Shown here piece after piece: positions 40,463 to 49,603 of a stretch of DNA of 64,000 bases (position 1 is its first letter; each line of letters begins with the position of its first letter). Both the position numbers and the translations under genes were made by a program. The notes under the pieces are model-generated. The model searched no databases and was not told where the DNA came from. It was given only the letters and a program-made list of their open reading frames with translations. Source of the DNA: a virus; the IMG/VR virus record IMGVR_UViG_3300010399_000002, positions 1 through 64,000 of that record; one strand, given 5' to 3'.

Positions 40463-43138
40463 TTAGTTTGCTGTTAGTCCGTATCTGTTCTTCGGATCAT
40501 ATCTCTTCATCACAGCGGCATCGACTTCTTCATTCTTTTTCAACCAGGACTGAACAAAGTCTTGGGGAGACTCACCTTTGTAATTGACCATAGAACCGAG
40601 CCTGAATCCGGCCTTGGCTTCGGCTGCTAATGGAACTGACAACTCAAAGCCAAACAACTTCTTGACCTGTCTCGGAACCTCATCTGCCATCAGCGACATA
40701 CACAACGGATGTACCTCGGGCAGGTCCGCGGCTGATACAAAGAAATACAACGCATCGTGTATCTCCATCGACAGTTCCTGCAAGAGACGATACGTAACTG
40801 GAAGCTTGTGTAACAACGCCATAGCCATCAACACTAACTGATGAGCTGAGCCCTGAACTGGAGAATTGATAGCTTGATTACCCCAGAACGTACCGCGATC
40901 TTCACCGCCCACCTCTCTACGGAAACCAAACATGGTCTCAACATAGCCGTGACGTTCTGCAAACTCTCGCTGAGACTCTTGGAAGTCTCGAACACCTTTG
41001 TACTTTACAAAATAGGCACGATGTAGTTCTTTTACACGCTGATCAGAAACATCCTTGACACCCTTAGCTCGCAGATAGTCTGGTAATCCGTCTTCTCCCA
41101 GACCGAAAATGATACCGAAGTGCATGTTCTTGATGAGACGGCGGATACCTTCATCGTGGCGGATCTTTTCAACTGGCCAACCCGTCAACGTATGTCCAAC
41201 CTGAGAATGAATATCTTGTCCGGACCGAAGTTGGCTGATCAACAACTTGTCTTGCGACATGTGGGCTAAGACTCGTACCTCAATTTGACTGTAGTCTGCC
41301 CCATACATGACCTTCAGTCTTTTGTAGGCATTGAAATTCTTAAACAGGTACGCCCACTTCGGATCTGATACAAGCAGGTTCTTCAACAGAGGATCGTTGT
41401 GCAAGTTCTGCATGTTCACGATCCCCAAATCGTCTCGCTCCGAACCTCCCGATCGCAGTCGCCCAGTAATAGCACCTGTCAGCCACCAAATGGTCCGCAA
41501 TCGACCTTCATACGTATCGGCGGATAACTTGTAGCCGTCGAGATACGTACTGTCCATTTTCGACATACGGCGCCACTCAGTCTCTTTAGCTGGAAACTTG
41601 TGGTGCTCTGCTAGCAACTCCAAAGTCTCTTTGGCTGTTGTCCTCGTTGGCTTCCTAAGGTACCTCCCTAATTTCAATTTATCGTACACGACCTTCGCTA
41701 CTTGTGGTGGAGAACCTGGATTGAAATCTGGATCTCCGGCAATCAACTTCAACTGAGACTCGAGCCTTTCCAATCTGGTTGGTATAACCTTCTTAACGCG
41801 CTTCCAGTATGAGTAGTCCAAAAATGGACCTTTTGACTCTGCGGCACTCAACACGTACGCACAATGGATATACACCTGAAGCAATGGAAGACTGATCTTC
41901 TTTTCTGTGGTCTTCTCTACCCGCTTACACAAATCGTTGTCTGCACAGTTGTAGGGCGTTAGTACATGGGGCGGAATGCGTCCAAAGTCGACATCCTTAT
42001 CATCTTTGCCTTTGGCATACGGAGCTACGATGTCTTTATAACCGGCGAACGCGGGAAACCTGACTTTGGCGATCTCGGCTAGACCAAATTTCCTGCGATG
42101 GGGATACCTCAAATACTCGGCATAGTTCGTATCGTACGTGTATCCTCGAGTCTTCAACCCGAGCATCTCTTTGTACTTCTGCGTATCTGACGACCCGTAA
42201 TGGAAGATCTTCTCCACCTTCGGATCTTCTAGAAACTTGCCAAAGTACTCGATACGCCGATCTCGTTCTTGATCTGAGATATGTATCTTGTCGTGGGCAA
42301 AGTAAACTGTACGGGCATAACCTGGTTGGTAGCAGAAGCCTGTACAAAGTACTTGATGCCTGCCGTGAGCTTTGCCGTCTTCTTCGTCGTTGGCAACTCG
42401 CTGGCCGCTAGCTGCTGCCTTTTCAAGGAACTCTTTCAACTCGATGGCTGAATCTAATGACCCGTAGTCTTGAGCTTCAACGAAACTATAGCGTCCGGGA
42501 TTGCCAGCGAACTCGGCTACAGCTCGGAGCCTCGTACGGAACTCATCTAGCCTGGACTTGGTAGCTCCACCTCGCAAGAAAAAGGCCGGATGGTCTGCAC
42601 ATACTACCTTGGCTTTTAAGCGTGCTGACCAAAAGATGGGATTGTCTTTGCGGTACTCCTTGCCAAGCAAAGCTCTGGCTGCAACCTGACCTAGAACTAG
42701 ATGGACTACTGCTTCGGATCTCTTGAGTGCCTGTTGCGTATGGTAAGCACAGTGCTTGATCTCGTCGTTGGTAGGTGGTCTGTCTTTAAGACGACCATCA
42801 TCGTCCGTAACTGTTGGCCAGCACCTAACAACGTTCTGGACATCACAATCCGGACGCTGAATGCCCGCCTTGCCCATCTCTTCCCAAAACCATTTTCCGG
42901 ACGGGCCTATCAACTCGATTTGATTCTTGTTCTCGATGTAACCTGGAGCTTGTGCCCAGACAAAGATCTTTCGTCCTTTGACCTTCTTGAGATTGATGAC
43001 TTTGAAAATTCCGGGCTGTTGGTCTAATGGACAACCTTTGCAACCAAGACCTTGAAAGACTTTGAACTCGGATTTTTTCTTGGACGATGCTATCTCGGTT
43101 GTGGAACCGTCATCGGATAGCAGATTGGAGAATTTCAT
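40463..43138 (-). CDS. polA: Family A DNA polymerase with N-terminal UDG-like domain and 3'-5' exonuclease
   Basis: UDG family-4-like CxxC, QAPG, NVVRCWP, HPAF; TGRL, NMQNL, ADYSQIEVR, R...K...FG, INSPVQG, IHDAL. Confidence 0.93.
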   Translation of the reverse strand: MKFSNLLSDDGSTTEIASSKKKSEFKVFQGLGCKGCPLDQQPGIFKVINLKKVKGRKIFVWAQAPGYIENKNQIELIGPSGKWFWEEMGKAGIQRPDCDVQNVVRCWPTVTDDDGRLKDRPPTNDEIKHCAYHTQQALKRSEAVVHLVLGQVAARALLGKEYRKDNPIFWSARLKAKVVCADHPAFFLRGGATKSRLDEFRTRLRAVAEFAGNPGRYSFVEAQDYGSLDSAIELKEFLEKAAASGQRVANDEEDGKAHGRHQVLCTGFCYQPGYARTVYFAHDKIHISDQERDRRIEYFGKFLEDPKVEKIFHYGSSDTQKYKEMLGLKTRGYTYDTNYAEYLRYPHRRKFGLAEIAKVRFPAFAGYKDIVAPYAKGKDDKDVDFGRIPPHVLTPYNCADNDLCKRVEKTTEKKISLPLLQVYIHCAYVLSAAESKGPFLDYSYWKRVKKVIPTRLERLESQLKLIAGDPDFNPGSPPQVAKVVYDKLKLGRYLRKPTRTTAKETLELLAEHHKFPAKETEWRRMSKMDSTYLDGYKLSADTYEGRLRTIWWLTGAITGRLRSGGSERDDLGIVNMQNLHNDPLLKNLLVSDPKWAYLFKNFNAYKRLKVMYGADYSQIEVRVLAHMSQDKLLISQLRSGQDIHSQVGHTLTGWPVEKIRHDEGIRRLIKNMHFGIIFGLGEDGLPDYLRAKGVKDVSDQRVKELHRAYFVKYKGVRDFQESQREFAERHGYVETMFGFRREVGGEDRGTFWGNQAINSPVQGSAHQLVLMAMALLHKLPVTYRLLQELSMEIHDALYFFVSAADLPEVHPLCMSLMADEVPRQVKKLFGFELSVPLAAEAKAGFRLGSMVNYKGESPQDFVQSWLKKNEEVDAAVMKRYDPKNRYGLTAN

Positions 43139-43160
43139 TGCCTAATGGCACCTCGAATGG

Positions 43161-43246
43161 TACTCGTAGGAGCTGTCAGGCACTGTTTTTGGGTGCTAGG
43201 TGGTAGTTGGGGATGGTTTGGCATACTCAGGACGTTGTAGAGGCTG
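43161..43246. repeat. Tripartite dispersed motif, copy C
   Basis: CTGTCAGGCACT-N14-GGTGGTAGTTGG-N20-GACGTTGTAGAGGCTG. Confidence 0.8.
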
Positions 43247-44362
43247 CTACTTCAATTTCTTGGCCATGATTAATTCTGCGTCTCCGGCCTGCAAATGGAA
43301 CGCGCCTGTATCTTTGTAACGAACATCGATCTGCAACTTCTGCGTGGCTGCATATTGGACAAACGGTAAAACAAAATGCAACATCCACTCCCAATCGATG
43401 GGAGCTTTCAAAACAGACGCACTGACCCTTTCATTGAAACTACCTGCTGGTACGGCAGCCTCGATGGATAGAACTGAAGATTTGCCTTTTAAAGACTGCA
43501 CACGCAGCATTACATCTTGTCTCATGGTAGCTGCAACATAAGCAGCCAACCTTTCACTCACTCCGGCCAACGACGAACCGGATATAGACAAGATCTTCGG
43601 CATCTTACGAGCTTCAACCAGACGCTTCTGAATCTGCGTAGCTGGAAAGTTCTTAGCAGCCTGAACTGGAACGGTTTGTGCAATCTGACCGAAGCCGAAA
43701 CTAGCTACTACCACCTTACCGGTGAACAGTATCTCTTGCAACTGGTCGGCCTCTAGTGCCGACAGCATCCCTAACGGAAACGGGATGGTAACTGGAAATT
43801 TGCCCGGAGCTGAAAACACCGTTACTTGATTGCTGGTAAGAACGCAGGTCTTCGATACCAAAAAGATGCAATTCAAATGTGCTGCTGTTGGGTCGGCGGT
43901 AGCATACTGACTGGCTAATCGCATCAACTGACCTTGCTTCGACGTGATAGCCAACTTCGCTGCGTTCTTGATGGACGGCAAATCACCATAACCTGTAACC
44001 GGTTGACAGCCTTGACAATGTAGCGTACGCCGACCGGACTTGATTGTCAGTTTCCCGAACTGTTTATCGGCATCGAACTTAAACGTGATGGTTGACTCTG
44101 ACTTGTAGAAGTCTTTCATAACCAACACAAACGGACTGAGCATACCGCGGTCTACGAAGAACTCCCACTTACCTTTGTCGCCCGGACATGGTACTTGAAC
44201 TCGCCCGAGAGACTCGGCTGCCAACGACAGATACAACATGTTGCTAGCGCACTCCAAACGAATCATCTCCGATGGTAGAACACCGGACCTAGCTGGAACC
44301 AAACCTAGCACCTCGAGTGCTGATGCTAGTTCTTTGGACTTGACTGCGTTTACAAGCGCCAT
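43247..44362 (-). CDS. DnaN-like (beta) sliding clamp
   Basis: 371 aa; VKSKELASALEVL..VP N-terminus, HLNCIFL, NFP, ELIMA C-terminus; next to the polymerase, clamp loader present. Confidence 0.6.
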   Translation of the reverse strand: MALVNAVKSKELASALEVLGLVPARSGVLPSEMIRLECASNMLYLSLAAESLGRVQVPCPGDKGKWEFFVDRGMLSPFVLVMKDFYKSESTITFKFDADKQFGKLTIKSGRRTLHCQGCQPVTGYGDLPSIKNAAKLAITSKQGQLMRLASQYATADPTAAHLNCIFLVSKTCVLTSNQVTVFSAPGKFPVTIPFPLGMLSALEADQLQEILFTGKVVVASFGFGQIAQTVPVQAAKNFPATQIQKRLVEARKMPKILSISGSSLAGVSERLAAYVAATMRQDVMLRVQSLKGKSSVLSIEAAVPAGSFNERVSASVLKAPIDWEWMLHFVLPFVQYAATQKLQIDVRYKDTGAFHLQAGDAELIMAKKLK

Positions 44363-44377
44363 TACTTCACCTCTCTC

Positions 44378-44746
44378 CTATCCACGTACAGTGGCTCCAC
44401 ATTCTCCATCTTCTGAGACAGTTACAAAGACAACGCTCTCGGTTACATTGCGTTCTACGTAGTTGAATATGATCTTGGCCATCGACTCGCAAGAATGTGA
44501 CAACACCCCGTTCTTTGGCCAACCAAACACACGATCGCAGTACGCCTTAATCCTGCGCTTCAGTATCTGGAACTCTACCTCTCGATCGTCAGCAAACACA
44601 CGTACTTCAACATGCACATGAAACATATGACGGTGTGGATGTTGTAGGTACTTGACCTCCGCTGACTGGTCTTTTTTGAGCTTGGTTACACCTTCCCACT
44701 GGTGTACGCCTTCAAACTCGCACGTAGCCCAAACTGTTGTTATCAT
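44378..44746 (-). CDS. QueD-paralogue T-fold protein (DpdL-like, candidate CDG decarboxylase)
   Basis: EGVHQW, LQHPHRHMF (LxxxHRHxF), DREVEF, SCESMA, VSEDGECG. Confidence 0.65.
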   Translation of the reverse strand: MITTVWATCEFEGVHQWEGVTKLKKDQSAEVKYLQHPHRHMFHVHVEVRVFADDREVEFQILKRRIKAYCDRVFGWPKNGVLSHSCESMAKIIFNYVERNVTESVVFVTVSEDGECGATVRG

Positions 44747-44759
44747 TTAATCCCCCTTT

Positions 44760-45110
44760 TTAGTACTTCTTGCCTCCCTCAGCTAGTCTGGCCTCTGTTG
44801 TATGATCTTTACGAACAGCATTGAAAGCCATCTTGCGCTCGTAGATCTCTTGAAGATTGATCTCATACGCCCCGGCTACATCAAAAATACGAATGAGAGT
44901 ATCTACAAGCTCTACGTCGAACATCTTATACTCCGGCAACTTGTCATCCTGCAAATCCTTACGATGACCTTCCATAGCCTCTGCTAACTCGGAGACCATT
45001 AACATCAACATCTCTCCGACATTACGCTGCAAAGGCTCTCCGGTAGCTGGATTACGCCACCACTTTTCATTTGCCTCGTGTACTTCTTCTGCGTACCCAT
45101 TCAAATTCAC
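44760..45110 (-). CDS. MazG-like nucleotide pyrophosphohydrolase
   Basis: LMVSELAEAMEGHRK...VELVDTLIRIFD...KMAFN. Confidence 0.85.
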   Translation of the reverse strand: MNLNGYAEEVHEANEKWWRNPATGEPLQRNVGEMLMLMVSELAEAMEGHRKDLQDDKLPEYKMFDVELVDTLIRIFDVAGAYEINLQEIYERKMAFNAVRKDHTTEARLAEGGKKY

Positions 45111-45739
45111 TTTCCACCTCCTACGTAACCTAGAAACTCAGCTTTCACATCTGGCTTCTTGAAGCAACCTCGCAACGCGGTCGTGATGGTTGTAGCCTGC
45201 GCCTTCTTAACCCCACGTACGCTCATACAAGTATGAAGTGCTGAAATACACGCGCCGCAACCTTTTGGCTGCACCACCTTTTGAAACACGTCAACGATCT
45301 GACTGGTTAAAAGTTCTTGCAACTGTGGACGCTTACTCAACACATCTATTAAGCGACCTATCTTGGACAGGCCTACGAGCTTTTTTCCTGGAAGATAGGC
45401 GAAGTGAACGTGTCCTATGAACGGCAACAGATGATGGGCGCACCACGAAACGAACTCAACGTCTTTAACTATGACCATCTGATCGTACTGATGATTGGGG
45501 AAGCCTGTCACCTTTGTTATAGAACTCGATAGAACTGAGGCTGGATCTGCTCCCAACCCCATAAGCAACTCGTCTTCGTACATGCGCACAACACGATTGG
45601 GCGTATCGGCGACATGGGGTTCTAATTCTTGTGGTGCATCTGCGAGCATTAATCGTAGACCGCGACCTACCACCAAAGACCAATGCGTCCCGTGAGTCTC
45701 AATAACACTACTTGACTGCACTTTTTCTTGTCTTGGCAT
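45107..45739 (-). CDS. folE: GTP cyclohydrolase I
   Basis: DTPNRV, SWCAHHLLPF, GLSK, RPQLQE, HTCMSVRGV. Confidence 0.95.
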   Translation of the reverse strand: MPRQEKVQSSSVIETHGTHWSLVVGRGLRLMLADAPQELEPHVADTPNRVVRMYEDELLMGLGADPASVLSSSITKVTGFPNHQYDQMVIVKDVEFVSWCAHHLLPFIGHVHFAYLPGKKLVGLSKIGRLIDVLSKRPQLQELLTSQIVDVFQKVVQPKGCGACISALHTCMSVRGVKKAQATTITTALRGCFKKPDVKAEFLGYVGGGK

Positions 45740-46457
45740 TGCGTTTTACCGTTCTCCTCAGCATCTTAACCACACTACCTGGATACTTACCTACATCACG
45801 ATTTGAAACTCGAACAACCGCGTAACCTGCTGACTCCCACAACAACGTAGCCTTCACCTTATGAGCTGCGCCACAACTCTGATCGCACTCCAAAATAACA
45901 TTGTACTCCGGTAAGTAAAAATCTGCAATCAATCCTTCTAGCAGAACCTGCGAACTATATCTTATATGTAATACGTAACGCAGAATCTTACGCATCACAA
46001 ACTCAGTTGGTGTAGGCTGGTGGCGGCGAACCTTGGCGTTAGCTAACAAACGCCTTCGACGTATAACTGGATCTTGCCAAGACCTGCGACGACCTCGGGT
46101 CTGCTTGGTACGATAACCCGGATCTTTCCAACGTTCTTGATTAGCTGAACGTGTGTTATCTGCATACTTGACTCGACGATCTGGATTGTTTGCCCAGAAA
46201 CGTTTGGAATTTTCAGACTGCATGGAACGATGCTTACGTGAATGGAACTTCCTAAACCACCTTTTCTTAAATCTTGGATCGCTTCTAACCTTGTGCATAC
46301 TCTTTGCGTGCTTAGCACAGTACGCGGGATCTTGCCAACGAGCCTGCATACTAGCTGACCGCTTAGAAGTAACCGAACGTAAACTTTTAAGGAGCTTGGA
46401 TCTAGACTTCGGATTGGACCAACGAGCCTTCATGGCCTTAGACCTATCGTAACTCAT
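45708..46457 (-). CDS. Free-standing putative homing endonuclease (DUF559-like)
   Basis: WQDP/WKDP repeats; PTPTE...QVLL..LIADFYL...ILECDQ...AGYAVVRVSN. Confidence 0.75.
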   Translation of the reverse strand: MSYDRSKAMKARWSNPKSRSKLLKSLRSVTSKRSASMQARWQDPAYCAKHAKSMHKVRSDPRFKKRWFRKFHSRKHRSMQSENSKRFWANNPDRRVKYADNTRSANQERWKDPGYRTKQTRGRRRSWQDPVIRRRRLLANAKVRRHQPTPTEFVMRKILRYVLHIRYSSQVLLEGLIADFYLPEYNVILECDQSCGAAHKVKATLLWESAGYAVVRVSNRDVGKYPGSVVKMLRRTVKRNAKTRKSAVK

Positions 46458-47545
46458 ATCAGTCTCTCTAATGGTGCCCAACGGCAAGGCTGTCCAGACT
46501 CAGATATGCGCTTGAACGTAATTGCATTGTATATTGCTCGTGCTGGAATACTTCTGCGCAGCTCTTCAAAATCGAATCCATCCTTCTCCACCAGATCTCG
46601 CAAGAACTTGTACGTATCCTTGTTAAGCCCGTCCACTGTACCGTAGCCGCTACTCTTAGCCTCAGTGGTAGAAATATGAACAAGTGATATCCTTCTACGT
46701 GATGGTGCAGTAGTCACAATCTTACCGTAGGCCGCCGCCTTAATCCACGTCGTTGAATCGACACTCCAAAAAGGATAGTCAAAAGCAATTGGGCCAGTCA
46801 CGGCAAACCCGTGTAGTTTGATATTATACCGGTTTGCGCAAGTGAAGACCTGATCGTAATAGAACCTCACATCCTTGCGACTGTTCTTACCGATCTGATT
46901 CAAACCCAAACCCATGATCTTGTGACCTGCATCGGCGTACTTCTCGAACCAAGTAAGCGAATGATCACCATGGTACACAGGCACAGGACGGATACCCATA
47001 TCTTGCAGTTCTGCAGTAGCCTTCCAGATGGTAGGACAATGGCGGCGCCAATCAAACGTTACGTAGAAATCAAACAGACCTCGCGTGGCTCGCACATAGT
47101 CGGCATACAGCGACATGAACTGTTTGGCTTGTTCTTCGACACTACCCAAACGATCAACTTGAGACTTGCCACGAACTACCCCTTTACGATAGATGAGCGT
47201 ATGAAACGAGTGTGCTCCTGAATCGAGAAAAATCCGGTGCCCGTTGCTTAGACAGAAATTCAACGCATGGTAGTGTCTGCGATCGAAGAACGGAGCTGTA
47301 GCTGAACAGTAAGCGAAACTGATACAGCGGTACTTGTAACCCGTAGCTGCAAAAAACTTCTCTTCAGTCTGACCTTTTCCCGACAGCGTCCCGGACAGGT
47401 AGAAAATAGGCTTGGGATCTTTGACCGAAGTACCTGTCCAATCTGATCCTCCGACCCACTTAGGCTGAGTCTTGGGACCCTCCGGGAACGGAAAATTCGA
47501 TACGGACGCTTTTCGCCGTTTCGATAAACCTCCACTTTTTGCCAT
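46454..47545 (-). CDS. dpdA: DpdA/TGT-like 7-deazaguanine insertion enzyme
   Basis: IFLDSGAHS, FYVTFD, PVPVYHG, LHGFAVT, SVDSTTW; beside folE; start uncertain (86-nt overlap with upstream ORF). Confidence 0.8.
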   Translation of the reverse strand: MAKSGGLSKRRKASVSNFPFPEGPKTQPKWVGGSDWTGTSVKDPKPIFYLSGTLSGKGQTEEKFFAATGYKYRCISFAYCSATAPFFDRRHYHALNFCLSNGHRIFLDSGAHSFHTLIYRKGVVRGKSQVDRLGSVEEQAKQFMSLYADYVRATRGLFDFYVTFDWRRHCPTIWKATAELQDMGIRPVPVYHGDHSLTWFEKYADAGHKIMGLGLNQIGKNSRKDVRFYYDQVFTCANRYNIKLHGFAVTGPIAFDYPFWSVDSTTWIKAAAYGKIVTTAPSRRRISLVHISTTEAKSSGYGTVDGLNKDTYKFLRDLVEKDGFDFEELRRSIPARAIYNAITFKRISESGQPCRWAPLERLI

Positions 47546-47948
47546 ATATCTCTTCTCTCCTGAAGCATCCGTAAATTCGATCTGCGTTCCCTTTCTTGCG
47601 CTTCACGAACTTCTCGAGCTCGACCTTGGTGATACCACCAACCTGCATACACAACTGAAAGCACCTGTAGATGATACTGCCCTTGCGAGTGAAAGGTATA
47701 GCTGGTTCTCCATTAACGGGTAAGATACCTTTGACGAATTGCACACAGATGGATCGATCTGGACAGAAACGACTGCACTCTTCTGCACTAGCATCATACT
47801 CCTTGGCAAAACAACATCTCTTATCTGCCTGCATTCGATTGTAGCAAACAAGGCAGACCAGCGTATCGACAAAGTACTTAGAAGACAAGATGTCCTCAAC
47901 GGAGTACTTCTTATCACAGATGAGACACTGGATTATTTTGCGACTCAT
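47460..47948 (-). CDS. Cys-rich Zn-binding protein with C-terminal shared domain
   Basis: CLIC, CLVC, CC, C..FCP...C; IPF..KGS...GKKW tail. Confidence 0.7.
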   Translation of the reverse strand: MSRKIIQCLICDKKYSVEDILSSKYFVDTLVCLVCYNRMQADKRCCFAKEYDASAEECSRFCPDRSICVQFVKGILPVNGEPAIPFTRKGSIIYRCFQLCMQVGGITKVELEKFVKRKKGNADRIYGCFRREEIYGKKWRFIETAKSVRIEFSVPGGSQDSA

Positions 47949-48117
47949 ATCTCGTATCCATCTTTGTGTCTTTGTTCCAACCATCGTGCAACCGCACAAC
48001 AAACCTCATAGTAGGTGCCATCGTACTCAAACTCCGCCATCGGATATCCTTCATCTTGGTCGTCGTGGCAACTAATACAACAAGGCGGATGCCCTTCGAG
48101 ATCGCTACAACGAACCG

Positions 48118-48681
48118 TCACGCTCGCATCCCCAAAACTGTACGCATGTCGTCTGCGGTAACCTGATGTTGCTTGGCTAGCCTTCGGAACTCTCTCCGAA
48201 CGCGCTTGAACTTCCGGCCATGGGTAACCAACCGCCGTTCTCCGGTCAATACATTGGACAAGAACGATTGTAACTCGATTGAAGCCTCTACGTACAGATT
48301 CTGAACCAGTTCTTTTGAACAGTTGTACTCGAGCATGCGATGCTGACTGGGTAACGAGATCGTGTCTATATCTACTGTTGCACCTGGTGGTAGACGCTTT
48401 GATCTGTACATGGTCTCAAGATACGTTACAAAACAGTTGTCTACAACGGTCTGAACGAAGGTAGTGAACTTACCTCGACCGGGTTCCCATGTAGCTCGAC
48501 CGTTATTGGGATTCAAGGCACCCCACGCCCACATGAGTCCCATTTGACTCAAGTCTTCAACGTCGATCCACGACCGAAACTGTATGGGCAACTTTCGATA
48601 GAACGAAATGGCTCGCCCAAAAACCAACCTCTCATACTGTTCCACTTGTACCTCTGGTACGACTCGTTTTTTACGTGGCAT
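48118..48681 (-). CDS. Phage sigma70-family sigma factor
   Basis: Region 2: DVEDLSQMGLMWAW.A...WEPGRGKFTTFV. Confidence 0.75.
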   Translation of the reverse strand: MPRKKRVVPEVQVEQYERLVFGRAISFYRKLPIQFRSWIDVEDLSQMGLMWAWGALNPNNGRATWEPGRGKFTTFVQTVVDNCFVTYLETMYRSKRLPPGATVDIDTISLPSQHRMLEYNCSKELVQNLYVEASIELQSFLSNVLTGERRLVTHGRKFKRVRREFRRLAKQHQVTADDMRTVLGMRA

Positions 48682-48693
48682 CCCATTCTCACT

Positions 48694-48894
48694 TTATTCT
48701 TCTAAAAAATAACCCGTACCTGGTTCTACTGCTATACAAAGCTTTCGTTTGCCGTGTACTACCTTATCTTGCTCCGCCTTAGCTGCAAGAATCTTAGCCT
48801 CTACTCGTTCCGGATGGTTCTCTACTTCTTCTGCTGGAAAAATTAGAATAGTGTACCCGGCACGATGTAAACGCTTACGCTCACTTACCGTCAT
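48694..48894 (-). CDS. Short ORF resembling the C-terminal tail of the DUF559-like nucleases
   Basis: RLHRAGYTILIF..EEVENHPERV vs RLERAGYVVVRISNHTVTKYPDKA; ATGA overlap. Confidence 0.5.
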   Translation of the reverse strand: MTVSERKRLHRAGYTILIFPAEEVENHPERVEAKILAAKAEQDKVVHGKRKLCIAVEPGTGYFLEE

Positions 48895-49598
48895 AACACA
48901 ACCTTTCGCATCTGCAACAAACGCAGCTTCGCCTTGGACTTCCATTGGCCTATACGAATTATCTTAACCGCAATATCTGGATGGTTAGAAACGTCGCGAT
49001 TTGAAATACGAATAACCGTGTAACCGGCCAACTCCCAAATCTTGGTATATTTACGCTTACTATCACTAAGATACTGGTCAACTTCTAGTATTGCATTGTA
49101 CTCTGGCAAATAGAAGTCTACGATCAATCCAACCAACAAAACTTGAAACCTGTACTTGATATTTAACCTTCGGAGAATGCGCTTGGTCTTTAACTCACTG
49201 GCAGTCGGACGGTGTCTATTTACCTTAGACTTTGCTAACATCTGACGATAGCGGCTCTTTGGATCTCGCCAAGACTGCTCTGAGGCTTTTGCTATCTTGC
49301 TACGTCGAATTGGAGACCTCAGTGCCTTAAGTAATCTTGCACTTACTGCAGGATCATTCCAAAGAGCTTTCAGACTTTTTCGCCTCTTTCTTTGCACTGC
49401 AGGACTCTGACCCGCCTGAAGCAGCCTGGCACGAGTCTGCGAATCAACCCACGACTGTCTGTGACTCTCCACCTGCCTATCCCTATAACTTGGATCTTGC
49501 CAAAGTTTACGAACGCTCTCTGACAACGTACTAGCCCTTTGTTTAGCTCGATACTCTGGATCTGCCCAACGCCTCTTTGCCGCATCAGATTTGTTCAT
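48891..49598 (-). CDS. Free-standing putative homing endonuclease (DUF559-like)
   Basis: W.DP repeats; PTASE...FQVLL..LIVDFYL...ILEVDQ. Confidence 0.75.
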   Translation of the reverse strand: MNKSDAAKRRWADPEYRAKQRASTLSESVRKLWQDPSYRDRQVESHRQSWVDSQTRARLLQAGQSPAVQRKRRKSLKALWNDPAVSARLLKALRSPIRRSKIAKASEQSWRDPKSRYRQMLAKSKVNRHRPTASELKTKRILRRLNIKYRFQVLLVGLIVDFYLPEYNAILEVDQYLSDSKRKYTKIWELAGYTVIRISNRDVSNHPDIAVKIIRIGQWKSKAKLRLLQMRKVVL

Positions 49599-49603
49599 AG
49601 TCT

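Noticed and set aside
25046-47545. que genes as a tRNA queuosine pathway
   Set aside because: No queC, queF, queA or canonical tgt in the window; the TGT-fold gene has phage DpdA-type motifs
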